A stretch of 24,000 nucleotides of DNA from Prochlorococcus marinus str. MIT 0919. GTDB lineage: Bacteria > Cyanobacteriota > Cyanobacteriia > PCC-6307 > Cyanobiaceae. Below the pieces are notes generated by a model. It saw nothing but the letters and a program-made list of their open reading frames with translations. It did no database searches and was not told where the DNA came from. A program made the position numbers and the translations under genes. Below are positions 9,450 through 18,612 of this stretch, one piece after another. The first letter of the stretch is position 1. Each line of letters begins with the position of its first letter. The DNA lies in contig NZ_CP114779.1 of assembly GCF_027359375.1 (NCBI RefSeq), positions 1,481,598-1,505,597 on the forward strand, read 5' to 3'.

Positions 9450-10408
9450 GACCCTTCTTTGTAAGCTTCCTCGAAGTTTCCCCAGTAGCTTTTAGTAAAT
9501 AAATTGATTTTCTTGAAGGTTTCTTTAGGGACCTTATATTTGTTTGTCAACAAACTATTCTTTAATGCCGAGTGAGACTCACTTTTAGGTCTTGTTTCAG
9601 CAATTATTTTAGCGGTTGCTTCTACTATTGTGTTTGCAACCTGAGCATTTGCTTGAAGGTTATCTAGAACCATATTTACATTTACATCCCCGTGCCGTTC
9701 ATGCCAGCAGTCATAATCGGTCACCATGCTTATTGATGCATAGGCAATTTCTGCTTCTCTTGCCAACCTTGCTTCTGTATGGTTAGTCATTCCAATAACC
9801 TTGCAGCCCCAGCTCCTATATAGAGCTGATTCGGCACGAGTAGAGAATGCAGGCCCTTCCATTGCAAGATAAATGCCTCCTTTATGAAGTTGACGTCCCT
9901 CAGGCATCAATTTAATTCCTTCTTCTGTAAGTAATCTTGAAAGATTTGGGCAGAAAGGATCAGCCATAGTGACATGGGCCACTACGCCTTCTGAAAAAAA
10001 GGTTAAAGGCCTTTGATGAGTCCTATCAATAAATTGATCAGGTACTACCATATCTAGAGGCCTTACTTGTTCTTGGAGCGATCCAACTGCAGATGGTGAG
10101 AGTATCCATCTGACATCCAATGAACGTAGAGCCCAGATATTTGCAAGATAAGGGACGCCTGTAGGAGTAAATGTATGATTTCTTCCATGTCGAGCTAGGA
10201 AAACTACTTCCATCCCTCCAAGAGTGCCCAATCTTAATTTGTCCGAAGGTGCTCCATAAGGAGTTTGAATATCAAGTTCTTTTATATTTTCCAAATTGTT
10301 GATTGAATAAAGACCACTCCCTCCTAAAACTCCAAGCCTGGAATTTTTTAAATGGCAGGTAGCAGATCCTTTTTCATGAAAATCTGAAGAAAAATGTTTG
10401 CTGATCAT
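9446..10408 (-). CDS. mtnP: S-methyl-5'-thioadenosine phosphorylase (purine nucleoside phosphorylase family 2)
   Basis: 320 aa. [10 protein letters not shown] phosphate-loop start, [46 protein letters not shown] and E..LARE..I.YA.I..VTDYD motifs characteristic of MTAP. Confidence 0.9.
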   Translation of the reverse strand: MISKHFSSDFHEKGSATCHLKNSRLGVLGGSGLYSINNLENIKELDIQTPYGAPSDKLRLGTLGGMEVVFLARHGRNHTFTPTGVPYLANIWALRSLDVRWILSPSAVGSLQEQVRPLDMVVPDQFIDRTHQRPLTFFSEGVVAHVTMADPFCPNLSRLLTEEGIKLMPEGRQLHKGGIYLAMEGPAFSTRAESALYRSWGCKVIGMTNHTEARLAREAEIAYASISMVTDYDCWHERHGDVNVNMVLDNLQANAQVANTIVEATAKIIAETRPKSESHSALKNSLLTNKYKVPKETFKKINLFTKSYWGNFEEAYKEGS

Positions 10409-12583
10409 TTGGTCTTAGCTGGTGGTGGTCATACCCATGCACTTATTTTGCTTCGTTGGGTGCTAAAGCCCCATTTAAGGCCCAAGGGTTTAATTACATT
10501 GGTTAATAGAAATAGCACGAATATCTATTCAGGTATGTTCCCTGGTGTGATCTCTGGTAAATATAAGATTGATGATGCCGCAATAGATCTTTTTTCTTTA
10601 GCAAATAGAGCAGGTGTTTCATTTGTACTAGCTGAAATAAAAGCATTAGATCCTCATCGTAAAATTTTACTTTTAACAAACAGAAATCCCATAAATTTTT
10701 CTACTATTAGCCTAGATATTGGCAGTGAAACTATATCTAATTATAAAAGTAATTTGCATTTTACAAATAATAGTATTTGTAAAATAAAGCCATTTTGTAA
10801 AGCTTTTGCATGGATAAAAAAGTTAGATGAAGATCCTGTAAGTCAAGAGATTAAACCTGTAACTATTGTTGGCTCTGGCCATGCTGCTATTGAAATAGCA
10901 TTGGCTTTACGTAAAAGATGGCCGCTAAGGGAATTGCAATTAAAAGCATATAGACGCAAACTAAAAAGATCTTATATTAAGGATTTATCAGCAAAAAATA
11001 TTCGCTTAATTGAGCCTCAAGATATTACAGAAGGACCTGTATTGCTTTGCACAGGAAGCCAGCCTCATCAATTGCTTAAAGAGGCGGGCTTGGAGCTAAA
11101 TAGTGTTGGAAGAGTTTTAACAAAGGATACTTTTCAAGTTCTTAATCATCCGAATATTTTTGCAGCCGGTGATTGCGCAGTGATTGTTAATCAAGAGAGA
11201 CCTCCTTCTGGTGTTTGGGCCGTTAGATCAGCAAGACCTCTTGCTTTGAACTTAGAAAAATTTTGCAGAGGTTCAAGAGTTGTGTCATGGAAGCCTCGGA
11301 AATTTGCTTTGCAATTAATAGGGAGTAATTCTATAAAAACCCTTCCATCTGCTTGGGCTTCTTGGGGCTCGATTCTGGTGGGCCCTAATTTTTTGTTTTG
11401 GAAAGTTAAGGAGTTAATAGATCGTCGGTTTATTGCAATGTTTAATTCTTCGAGGTCCATGGAGGAACACAATGAAACAGCAAGCTTGCTATGCAGAGGT
11501 TGTGCCTCCAAAATTGCTTCTTCAACTTTAAAAGAAGCTTTGCTAGAGGCTGATTTAGATCACTTGGCACAGAGTCCCGAGGACGCATCTCTAATTACTA
11601 CCTCTAACAAGGGAGAAAATATTGTTCAAACGGTTGATGGTTTCCCAGCATTGCTAAGTGACCCTTGGCTTAATAGCAGATTGACAACATTACATGCTTG
11701 TTCTGATGTCTGGGCGACTGGAGCTTCTGTGTTTTCTGCACAGGCTGTTATAACTCTTCCACAGGTGAGTTCTTCTTTGCAGAAAGAACTTCTTGTTCAA
11801 TGTATTTCAGGGATTCAATCTGCTCTTGAACCCCAATCTGCTCGGCTAGTAGGGGGACATACCTTTGAATCAAGGAGTGAGCTTTCTGATCCAATAACTC
11901 TTGGAATAGAAATTTCACTTTGTGTTAATGGTCAATTGCCATCTAATCAATCTCCTCTAAGAAAAGATGGCCTGGAACCTGATGATGCACTCTTAATTAG
12001 CAGGAGTTTGGGCAGCGGAATTTTGTTTGCAGGTGCAATGAGAGGACAAACTTTGATTGCAGATATTGATTCGGCATTGGATCAAATGAGTAAAAGTCAA
12101 CACATGATTTTGCGCAATGATTATCTCAAAGAAGATTTAGGTGGAACTTTCCCTGGTTTGGTACATGCTTGTACTGACATAACGGGATTTGGATTACTAG
12201 GTCATCTCAATGAGATGCTTTCTTCTAGTAATCATGCAAGATCAGCTATTGGTAAGGAACAATTGCAAATTTATTTGAATGCAAAATCAATACCTGCTTT
12301 GCAAGGTGTCAATAATCTTTTAAGAAAAGGCATTACCAGCACATTCGCAGATTCAAACAGAAGTTTCTTGTCTTTATTACACCCTTCAAAGAACTTAAAT
12401 CCTTCAATTTATTTGGATTTAGCTGATATTCCTAAAGAGAGTTATGAACATCAACGAATCAAGGAATTAATTATAGATCCGCAAACATGTGGCCCTTTAG
12501 TAATAGCTTGCTCTCAAGAGGATGCACACAAGCTTATAAAAAATACTAACTGGATTCAAATTGGCTTTGTTAATCAAGTTTAA
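10394..12583 (+). CDS. selD: Fusion protein: N-terminal FAD-dependent pyridine-nucleotide-disulfide oxidoreductase-like domain plus C-terminal selenide, water dikinase (SelD)
   Basis: 729 aa. The N-terminus has Rossmann motifs (LVLAGGGHTH; later IVGSGHAAIE; AAGDCA). The SelD part begins around aa 360 with the Cys-containing glycine-rich loop LLCRGCASKI, followed by AIR-synthase-like/PurM-fold motifs (VDGFPALLSDPW, LVGGHT, ACTDITGFGLLGHL). A TTG at 10409 is an alternative start. Confidence 0.85.
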   Translation: MFADHLVLAGGGHTHALILLRWVLKPHLRPKGLITLVNRNSTNIYSGMFPGVISGKYKIDDAAIDLFSLANRAGVSFVLAEIKALDPHRKILLLTNRNPINFSTISLDIGSETISNYKSNLHFTNNSICKIKPFCKAFAWIKKLDEDPVSQEIKPVTIVGSGHAAIEIALALRKRWPLRELQLKAYRRKLKRSYIKDLSAKNIRLIEPQDITEGPVLLCTGSQPHQLLKEAGLELNSVGRVLTKDTFQVLNHPNIFAAGDCAVIVNQERPPSGVWAVRSARPLALNLEKFCRGSRVVSWKPRKFALQLIGSNSIKTLPSAWASWGSILVGPNFLFWKVKELIDRRFIAMFNSSRSMEEHNETASLLCRGCASKIASSTLKEALLEADLDHLAQSPEDASLITTSNKGENIVQTVDGFPALLSDPWLNSRLTTLHACSDVWATGASVFSAQAVITLPQVSSSLQKELLVQCISGIQSALEPQSARLVGGHTFESRSELSDPITLGIEISLCVNGQLPSNQSPLRKDGLEPDDALLISRSLGSGILFAGAMRGQTLIADIDSALDQMSKSQHMILRNDYLKEDLGGTFPGLVHACTDITGFGLLGHLNEMLSSSNHARSAIGKEQLQIYLNAKSIPALQGVNNLLRKGITSTFADSNRSFLSLLHPSKNLNPSIYLDLADIPKESYEHQRIKELIIDPQTCGPLVIACSQEDAHKLIKNTNWIQIGFVNQV

Positions 12584-12607
12584 ATCTATAAAATAAGCGT
12601 AAGACAA

Positions 12608-13867
12608 TTATCTATTGTCTAGTTCTAAATCTCTCAGCCGTTTTAATTCTTGCCCGATTTTTGGGCCAGGTTCCCACCCTTTACTCAAAAGTTCTTTTGC
12701 AGTTAATTTTGATTTAACTAACCTCCACTTTTTTAGCCATTTAAATAATGGCTTCCACAAAGGAACTCCTAGGCATATGGCTATTACAACTGAATCTCTC
12801 TGCCAGTTAGAGTTTTCTATTAGGCTGCACCATTTGGATGGCTTCCAAGAAGAAAAATTATTTTCTTTTTGAATTATTGAAACTTCTTGTTTGATTTCCA
12901 TAGCTTGTGCTAAGCAATCCATGTGGTGTTTACTTAAACCTAATCTTTGAGCTAGTAAAGTAGGTTTTTTAGCAGCAGATATAAAAGCTATTAATGGATT
13001 TAAATGTAATTTAAATGCACATTTAATACGTTTTTGCCAATAGCAATCATTTTGCAAGTCCTCATCTAATAAAACTAAGGCCTGCCAATCTTGTAATTTC
13101 CTTATGCAATTTTCCCAAGGCTCATCCTCTAATAAAATATCTAATTCCATACGAAGCCTTGATGATAATGCAGGAGGTGCACTTTTTGGACAATCTTTAT
13201 CGGACCAATTCCAAGGCCAGATATTTAATGTTGATATAACCTGCTCTAATGATTTTGACTCTAATTCAAAACCTAACCTACCAGCATATCTTGCAGCTCT
13301 AAATATTCGAGTTGGATCTTCTTCAACACTTTTAGCATGGATAAATTCAATTTTTTTATCCCTAATGGCATTTAGACCTTGGTATTGATCTATCAAATGA
13401 TTACTTAGGAGCTCTAAACAAAGAGCATTCATTGAAAAATCTCTTCTTCTTAGATCTTCTTTAATATTGCAAGGTGCAACTTTGGGATTCTCGCCAGGAA
13501 ATAGATAAGTTTCTTTCCTTGCAGTAGCTAAATCAAACCTCACTTCATTAATTATTAATTGAATTGTTTGATATATAGAATTTCTTTGAGCAATTGAGAC
13601 TTTTTCTGATTTCAGATTAGTTTGCAAAACCTCTGCAAACTCTTCTGCTGAACCTTCAATTACAAAGTCAATATCCTTGTATTTGCCTAAAGTACTTTTA
13701 TGAGTACAATAAATAATTCGATCTCTTATCACACCTCCGACTATCCCTATACGTTTTATAGATGCTTCTTTAGCAGAAATTTTTATAATTGATAAAAAAT
13801 TTTTTGGTAATCCTGGCAACTTATTTAAAAAATCTGGACTAATGATTTCTATTATCGGTTTATCCAT
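12608..13867 (-). CDS. cca: Class II nucleotidyltransferase: CCA-adding enzyme / poly(A) polymerase family
   Basis: 419 aa. Head-domain motifs GIVGGVIRDRI (GG.VRD), DIDFVIEG (catalytic DxD), RRDFSMNAL (RRD..NA) and EDP.RIFRA.RYA.RLGF. Sequence alone cannot separate CCA-adding from poly(A) specificity. Confidence 0.8.
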   Translation of the reverse strand: MDKPIIEIISPDFLNKLPGLPKNFLSIIKISAKEASIKRIGIVGGVIRDRIIYCTHKSTLGKYKDIDFVIEGSAEEFAEVLQTNLKSEKVSIAQRNSIYQTIQLIINEVRFDLATARKETYLFPGENPKVAPCNIKEDLRRRDFSMNALCLELLSNHLIDQYQGLNAIRDKKIEFIHAKSVEEDPTRIFRAARYAGRLGFELESKSLEQVISTLNIWPWNWSDKDCPKSAPPALSSRLRMELDILLEDEPWENCIRKLQDWQALVLLDEDLQNDCYWQKRIKCAFKLHLNPLIAFISAAKKPTLLAQRLGLSKHHMDCLAQAMEIKQEVSIIQKENNFSSWKPSKWCSLIENSNWQRDSVVIAICLGVPLWKPLFKWLKKWRLVKSKLTAKELLSKGWEPGPKIGQELKRLRDLELDNR

Positions 13868-13892
13868 AAAACTATCTTATACTTAAAATTTA

Positions 13893-16340
13893 TTAATTAG
13901 TAGGATCTGAATTTTCTTCTACTAGTTTTATTGGTGCAAGTCTTGGATCAAGGATTTTTGGACTCATGCCATTGAATTTAATAGCAATAGACATTTTCTC
14001 ACCACTTCCAAAAATATGCGTTACTTCTCCTGATCCAAATGCCGCATGCTCAATTTTATCTCCTACAGACCATGACCTTCCCTTTAAAGGATTTGAACTT
14101 TTTCGTCTAACAGCATTGCTTGGAAAACTTTTTTCGATATTTAAAGAATTATTTGTTTGTCCTATTCGATCCACTCTAGTTAGACGTTCAAGATGTCTGT
14201 CCCTTCTTAAAGCTGTCCCTCCATTTAATTGAATATCTCCTTCTAAAAGCTTTGTTGGAATCTCCGAGAGAAAAATAGATGCTACAGCAGGTTCTCTCAT
14301 GCCTCCCCATAATCTTCTTTCATTTGCATGAAATAAAAACAGTCTTTCTTGTGCTCTTGTAAGACCGACATAACATAGCCTTCTTTCTTCTTCTAATGAA
14401 GCTGGATCATCAAGCGAGCGATAACTAGGAAACAGTCCTTGCTCTAAACCTACAAGGCAAATAATTGGAAATTCCAAACCTTTACTGCTGTGCAAGGTCA
14501 TTAAAGTAACGCGATCATTGACAATATCTGTATTGTCTGCGTCGCTTGATAAAGCAGCTGTAGCTAAAAAACCCTCCAGATCAGAGGTCTCGTTTTCTTC
14601 TTGATATTGAAGCGCAGCATTTACAAGTTCTTGTAAGTTTCTCCGTCGCTCTTCTGCTTCATCAGTTGCAGCAGCAATAAGTTCGCTAATATAACCACTC
14701 TTTTCCATGACTAATTGGATCAGTTTAGACGGTTCACTATTGTTTAAATATGAATTGAGATCTTCGATTAATTCTTTAAATTTTAACAAGCCTTTTGCAG
14801 ACCTACCCCCTAAAGATCTAATGGCTTCTGGATCACTAACAATTTGCCATAATGGAACACCTAGTTGAGAAGATGCATCACTAAATCTCTGAACAGTTGT
14901 TTTACCTATACCTCGCTTAGGTACATTTAGAATTCTTAGCAAGCTAACGCTATCTGAGGGGTTAATTAAAAGCCTCAGGTAAGCTAAAATATCTTTTACT
15001 TCGCGCCTATCGTAAAATCTTAATCCTCCTACGACAATATAAGGTATGCTCCATCTGACCAGTGATTCTTCTATAACTCTGGACTGAGCATTAGTTCTAT
15101 ATAAAATAGCAATGTCTTTCCACTTTAAGTTCGAGTCAGATGCTGCTAATAACCTAAGTCTGTGGACTACAGATTCTGCTTCAGATATTTCATCATCACA
15201 TCTTGTAAGTTTTATCATTTCACCTGAATCCCTTGTAGCTTTTAAAGTCTTTTTCAACCTTTCTTTATTGTTTGATATTAATGAATTTGCAGCATCTAAG
15301 ATTGTCGAGGTTGACCTATAGTTTTCTTCTAATTTGATAATATTAGAACTCTTTGACTTTGGATCTTTGTTACTAAAATCGTTTTGAAAACCCATAAGTA
15401 TTCTAAAATCTGCTGCGCGAAAACTATAAATACTCTGATCAGCGTCTCCAACAACAAAAACAGAACGACCTGACCAATTTGTAAATAAAGATGGACTTAT
15501 TCCATTGGTTACTAAAAGCTTAATTAATTCATATTGAGTCCAATTTGTATCTTGGTACTCATCTACGAGCAGATGTTTAAAACGATTATGCCAATAAGAT
15601 CTGACCTCTTTATTTTGTTGTAAAAGTTGAACTGGTAGTAAAAGAAGATCATCAAAATCAAGAGCATTATTTGCTGCTAATGCTTTTCTATAAAGACTAT
15701 ATATCTGAGCTATTAACTTATCTCTTTGACCTTCTGCCTTCTCAGCAAATTTATCAGGTAATATTCCTAAATTCTTGGCGTTACTGATAGACCATCTGAT
15801 TTTTTTTGGCTCAAACCTCTTTGGATCAAGGTTCATATCCTGAATTATAATTTCTTTAATCAAGCTTTGTGCATCTCTCTCATCATAAATAGAGAAGTGT
15901 TTTGTCCAGCTAAGACCTTCCTTGTCTATAAGCCTTTCAATATCAAATCTTAAAAGCCTTGAAAATAATGAATGAAATGTTCCAATCCAAAGGTTCTTTG
16001 TGACTTCTCTATATATAAGAGTCCTGAATTGATTCTTTTCAACATCTCTTATGCTTGACCATGGCTGTCCTAATTGATTCTCTGCAAGTCTTCTTGCTAG
16101 AAGCAACTCTAATCTTTCTTTCATTTCTTTTGCTGCTTTATTTGTGAATGTCACAGCAAGAATTTCATAAGGATCTACTTTGTATTCACTTATTAAATGG
16201 GCAATACGGTGTGTTAATGCTCTAGTTTTGCCGCTTCCCGCTCCTGCTACAACCAGTAAAGGACCTTCATGATGGTTGACAGCATTTGATTGTTCTTCAT
16301 TGAGACCAAAAAGAAAACCAGATTGTTTTTTATTTGCCAT
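13893..16340 (-). CDS. uvrD: ATP-dependent DNA helicase, UvrD/PcrA/Rep superfamily 1
   Basis: 815 aa. Helicase motifs in order: LLVVAGAGSGKT (I), TFTNKAA.EM (Ia), HLLVDEYQDTN (II), VVGDADQSIYSFRAA (III), LEENYRST (IV), TLHSSKGLEFP (V), RRLCYVGLTRAQERL (VI). Confidence 0.92.
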   Translation of the reverse strand: MANKKQSGFLFGLNEEQSNAVNHHEGPLLVVAGAGSGKTRALTHRIAHLISEYKVDPYEILAVTFTNKAAKEMKERLELLLARRLAENQLGQPWSSIRDVEKNQFRTLIYREVTKNLWIGTFHSLFSRLLRFDIERLIDKEGLSWTKHFSIYDERDAQSLIKEIIIQDMNLDPKRFEPKKIRWSISNAKNLGILPDKFAEKAEGQRDKLIAQIYSLYRKALAANNALDFDDLLLLPVQLLQQNKEVRSYWHNRFKHLLVDEYQDTNWTQYELIKLLVTNGISPSLFTNWSGRSVFVVGDADQSIYSFRAADFRILMGFQNDFSNKDPKSKSSNIIKLEENYRSTSTILDAANSLISNNKERLKKTLKATRDSGEMIKLTRCDDEISEAESVVHRLRLLAASDSNLKWKDIAILYRTNAQSRVIEESLVRWSIPYIVVGGLRFYDRREVKDILAYLRLLINPSDSVSLLRILNVPKRGIGKTTVQRFSDASSQLGVPLWQIVSDPEAIRSLGGRSAKGLLKFKELIEDLNSYLNNSEPSKLIQLVMEKSGYISELIAAATDEAEERRRNLQELVNAALQYQEENETSDLEGFLATAALSSDADNTDIVNDRVTLMTLHSSKGLEFPIICLVGLEQGLFPSYRSLDDPASLEEERRLCYVGLTRAQERLFLFHANERRLWGGMREPAVASIFLSEIPTKLLEGDIQLNGGTALRRDRHLERLTRVDRIGQTNNSLNIEKSFPSNAVRRKSSNPLKGRSWSVGDKIEHAAFGSGEVTHIFGSGEKMSIAIKFNGMSPKILDPRLAPIKLVEENSDPTN

Positions 16341-16418
16341 TACTTATAAAACCTTCATGTGAAATATTTTGTTTTTATTGTTGTATATAGCCATTGGAAA
16401 TCTTTGTGGAAGTCTGCG

Positions 16419-16628
16419 TTAATTTGACTTATCACGTTGCTTTATAAGTTGATCAAGCACTCTCTGTAGATTAGTTAACTCTGTGTTTTCGTTAAGTGTG
16501 GAATTTATTTTTTTTTCTGGAATTTGAAGCTTTTGCGAGATAACGGTTATCTCTTCCTTAAGCCTATCCCTATACACGGTAAGCATCTCTATGGATTTAT
16601 TCAGCTCTTGGATGTTCGGTTCAGTCAT
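16419..16628 (-). CDS. Hypothetical 69-aa coiled-coil-like protein
   Basis: Clean ATG-to-stop ORF, co-oriented with and 78 nt upstream of uvrD, divergent from cpeB. Heptad-like, charged sequence (LTVYRDRLKEEITVISQKLQ...LQRVLDQLIKQRDK). I recognise no family motif, so whether it is coding is unproven. Confidence 0.5.
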   Translation of the reverse strand: MTEPNIQELNKSIEMLTVYRDRLKEEITVISQKLQIPEKKINSTLNENTELTNLQRVLDQLIKQRDKSN

Positions 16629-17414
<786 letters not shown>

Positions 17415-17460
17415 CTGATTAATTCTTACTTAATTCAATTCTTTTTTAAAGAAAGCGGAA

Positions 17461-17928
17461 ATGAAATCAGCAGTCACCACAGTACTCTCTTCAGCAGATG
17501 CTGCTGGCAGATTTCCTACAATTAGCGATTTGGAGTCAGTTAAAGGCTCTTTTGATAGGGCTCCTGCGCGATTAGAAGCAGCTGAAAAACTTTCCATTTA
17601 TATAGATAAATATACTTCAGCTGCATTAGATCAAGTCTATGGAGTTGGGATTTACGACCAGGCAAATAAAGATAAGTGTGCACGAGATATAAATCACTAT
17701 TTGAGGTTGATTAATTATTGCTTGGTTACAGGCGGAACAGGTCCTTTAGACGAATGGGGTATCGCAGGGATGAGAGAAGTAATTAGAGCTCAGATGTTAC
17801 CTACTGCAGCATATGTAGAGGCCCTTTCATTTGTTAGAGATCAAATAGATATCCCAGGTGAGATGGGCCAGCAAGCTGCAACAGAGTTTAAGGCTTTGTT
17901 GGATTATTTGATTAATGCACTTGCCTGA
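17461..17928 (+). CDS. cpeA: Phycoerythrin alpha chain (shortened PE-III type)
   Basis: 155 aa. MKSAVTTV..SADAAGRF start. Single canonical attachment context KDKCARDINHYLRLINYCLV (Cys73, equivalent to Cys82 of longer alpha chains). Located 46 nt downstream of cpeB. Confidence 0.97.
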   Translation: MKSAVTTVLSSADAAGRFPTISDLESVKGSFDRAPARLEAAEKLSIYIDKYTSAALDQVYGVGIYDQANKDKCARDINHYLRLINYCLVTGGTGPLDEWGIAGMREVIRAQMLPTAAYVEALSFVRDQIDIPGEMGQQAATEFKALLDYLINALA

Positions 17929-17952
17929 GAATAATATTTTTGAAGAATCTTT

Positions 17953-17981
17953 AGGAAATTTCTAAAAAGAAATTCCTTTTT
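17953..17981 (+). terminator. Candidate intrinsic terminator or attenuator after cpeA
   Basis: AGGAAATTTCT (17953-17963), loop AAAA, AGAAATTCCT (17968-17977): 10 bp with a one-base bulge, followed by TTTT (17978-17981) that abuts the cpeZ ATG at 17982. The stem is AT-rich and therefore weak. Confidence 0.45.
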
Positions 17982-18596
17982 ATGAATCGGTTATTTAAAA
18001 AAAAAGCTGATTTTGAAGCTTTATTAGAGGCTTTCCGGCATCCAAATCCAAATCTTAATGAAGAAGCTTGCTTGCAGATGAGGGCTTATTGGCCTAAAGA
18101 AACGATTTTGTTCCTAACAAATAATCTTGATAGTGATGATGTTCAAATTAGAAGAAAATCCGTGAAATTCCTCTCGACCTTTGGTATACAAATTGTTGAG
18201 CCTATCATGAATTTATTTATATCTTCAGAGAAAGTTGTTTTAAAAGTAAGCTGTTTAAAAGTATTAATTAAGCTTGCAGCAAATAATAATACAGATGACT
18301 TTTTTACTAAGGTCTTTAGTCTCATTGAATTAGCAATAAAAGAAGATTCAGCTGAAATAATCCTTTCCGTTATTTGTTTATTAAGGCAATTAGGGAAAAA
18401 AGGACTGCCAATGCTTATAAAATTAGCAATTAATACAGATAATATTCTTGCTTCTAAGGCTGCTATTACAGCAATAGGAGAGATTTCTGATACTAGATCA
18501 ATAAATTGCTTGAATCAATTACTAGATGATTCGGCTTTAGACTTAATTTTGCGAGAAAGTGCAATATATGCTTTATCAAATTTGGAATCTAATTGA
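17982..18596 (+). CDS. cpeZ: HEAT-repeat phycoerythrin bilin-lyase subunit (CpeZ-like, E/F clan)
   Basis: 204 aa of all-helical HEAT-like repeats (D..IRRKSVKFLSTFG; ..ASKAAITAIGEISD..SI..L..LLDD). Size and position directly after cpeA match the cpeZ gene I recall from the P. marinus SS120 PE cluster. Confidence 0.75.
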   Translation: MNRLFKKKADFEALLEAFRHPNPNLNEEACLQMRAYWPKETILFLTNNLDSDDVQIRRKSVKFLSTFGIQIVEPIMNLFISSEKVVLKVSCLKVLIKLAANNNTDDFFTKVFSLIELAIKEDSAEIILSVICLLRQLGKKGLPMLIKLAINTDNILASKAAITAIGEISDTRSINCLNQLLDDSALDLILRESAIYALSNLESN

Positions 18597-18612
18597 TTTA
18601 AATCTTATTTTT

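Noticed and set aside
11191-11511. 106-aa minus-strand ORF inside the selD-fusion gene
   Set aside because: It is antisense to a continuous 729-aa ORF with domain motifs on both sides, and no motif supports it.
12602-12620. 7-bp hairpin AGACAAT-TATCT-ATTGTCT at the selD/cca convergent junction, considered as a bidirectional terminator
   Set aside because: The stem is short and AT-rich, overlaps the cca stop codon and C-terminus, and has no adjoining T-run on the plus strand and only a broken one on the minus strand.
12615-15321. Plus-strand ORFs 12615-12872, 13104-13388, 13966-14232 and 15112-15321, antisense to the cca and uvrD genes
   Set aside because: All lie within long minus-strand ORFs that carry ordered catalytic motifs, and their Ser/Leu/Phe-rich translations are typical of shadow frames.
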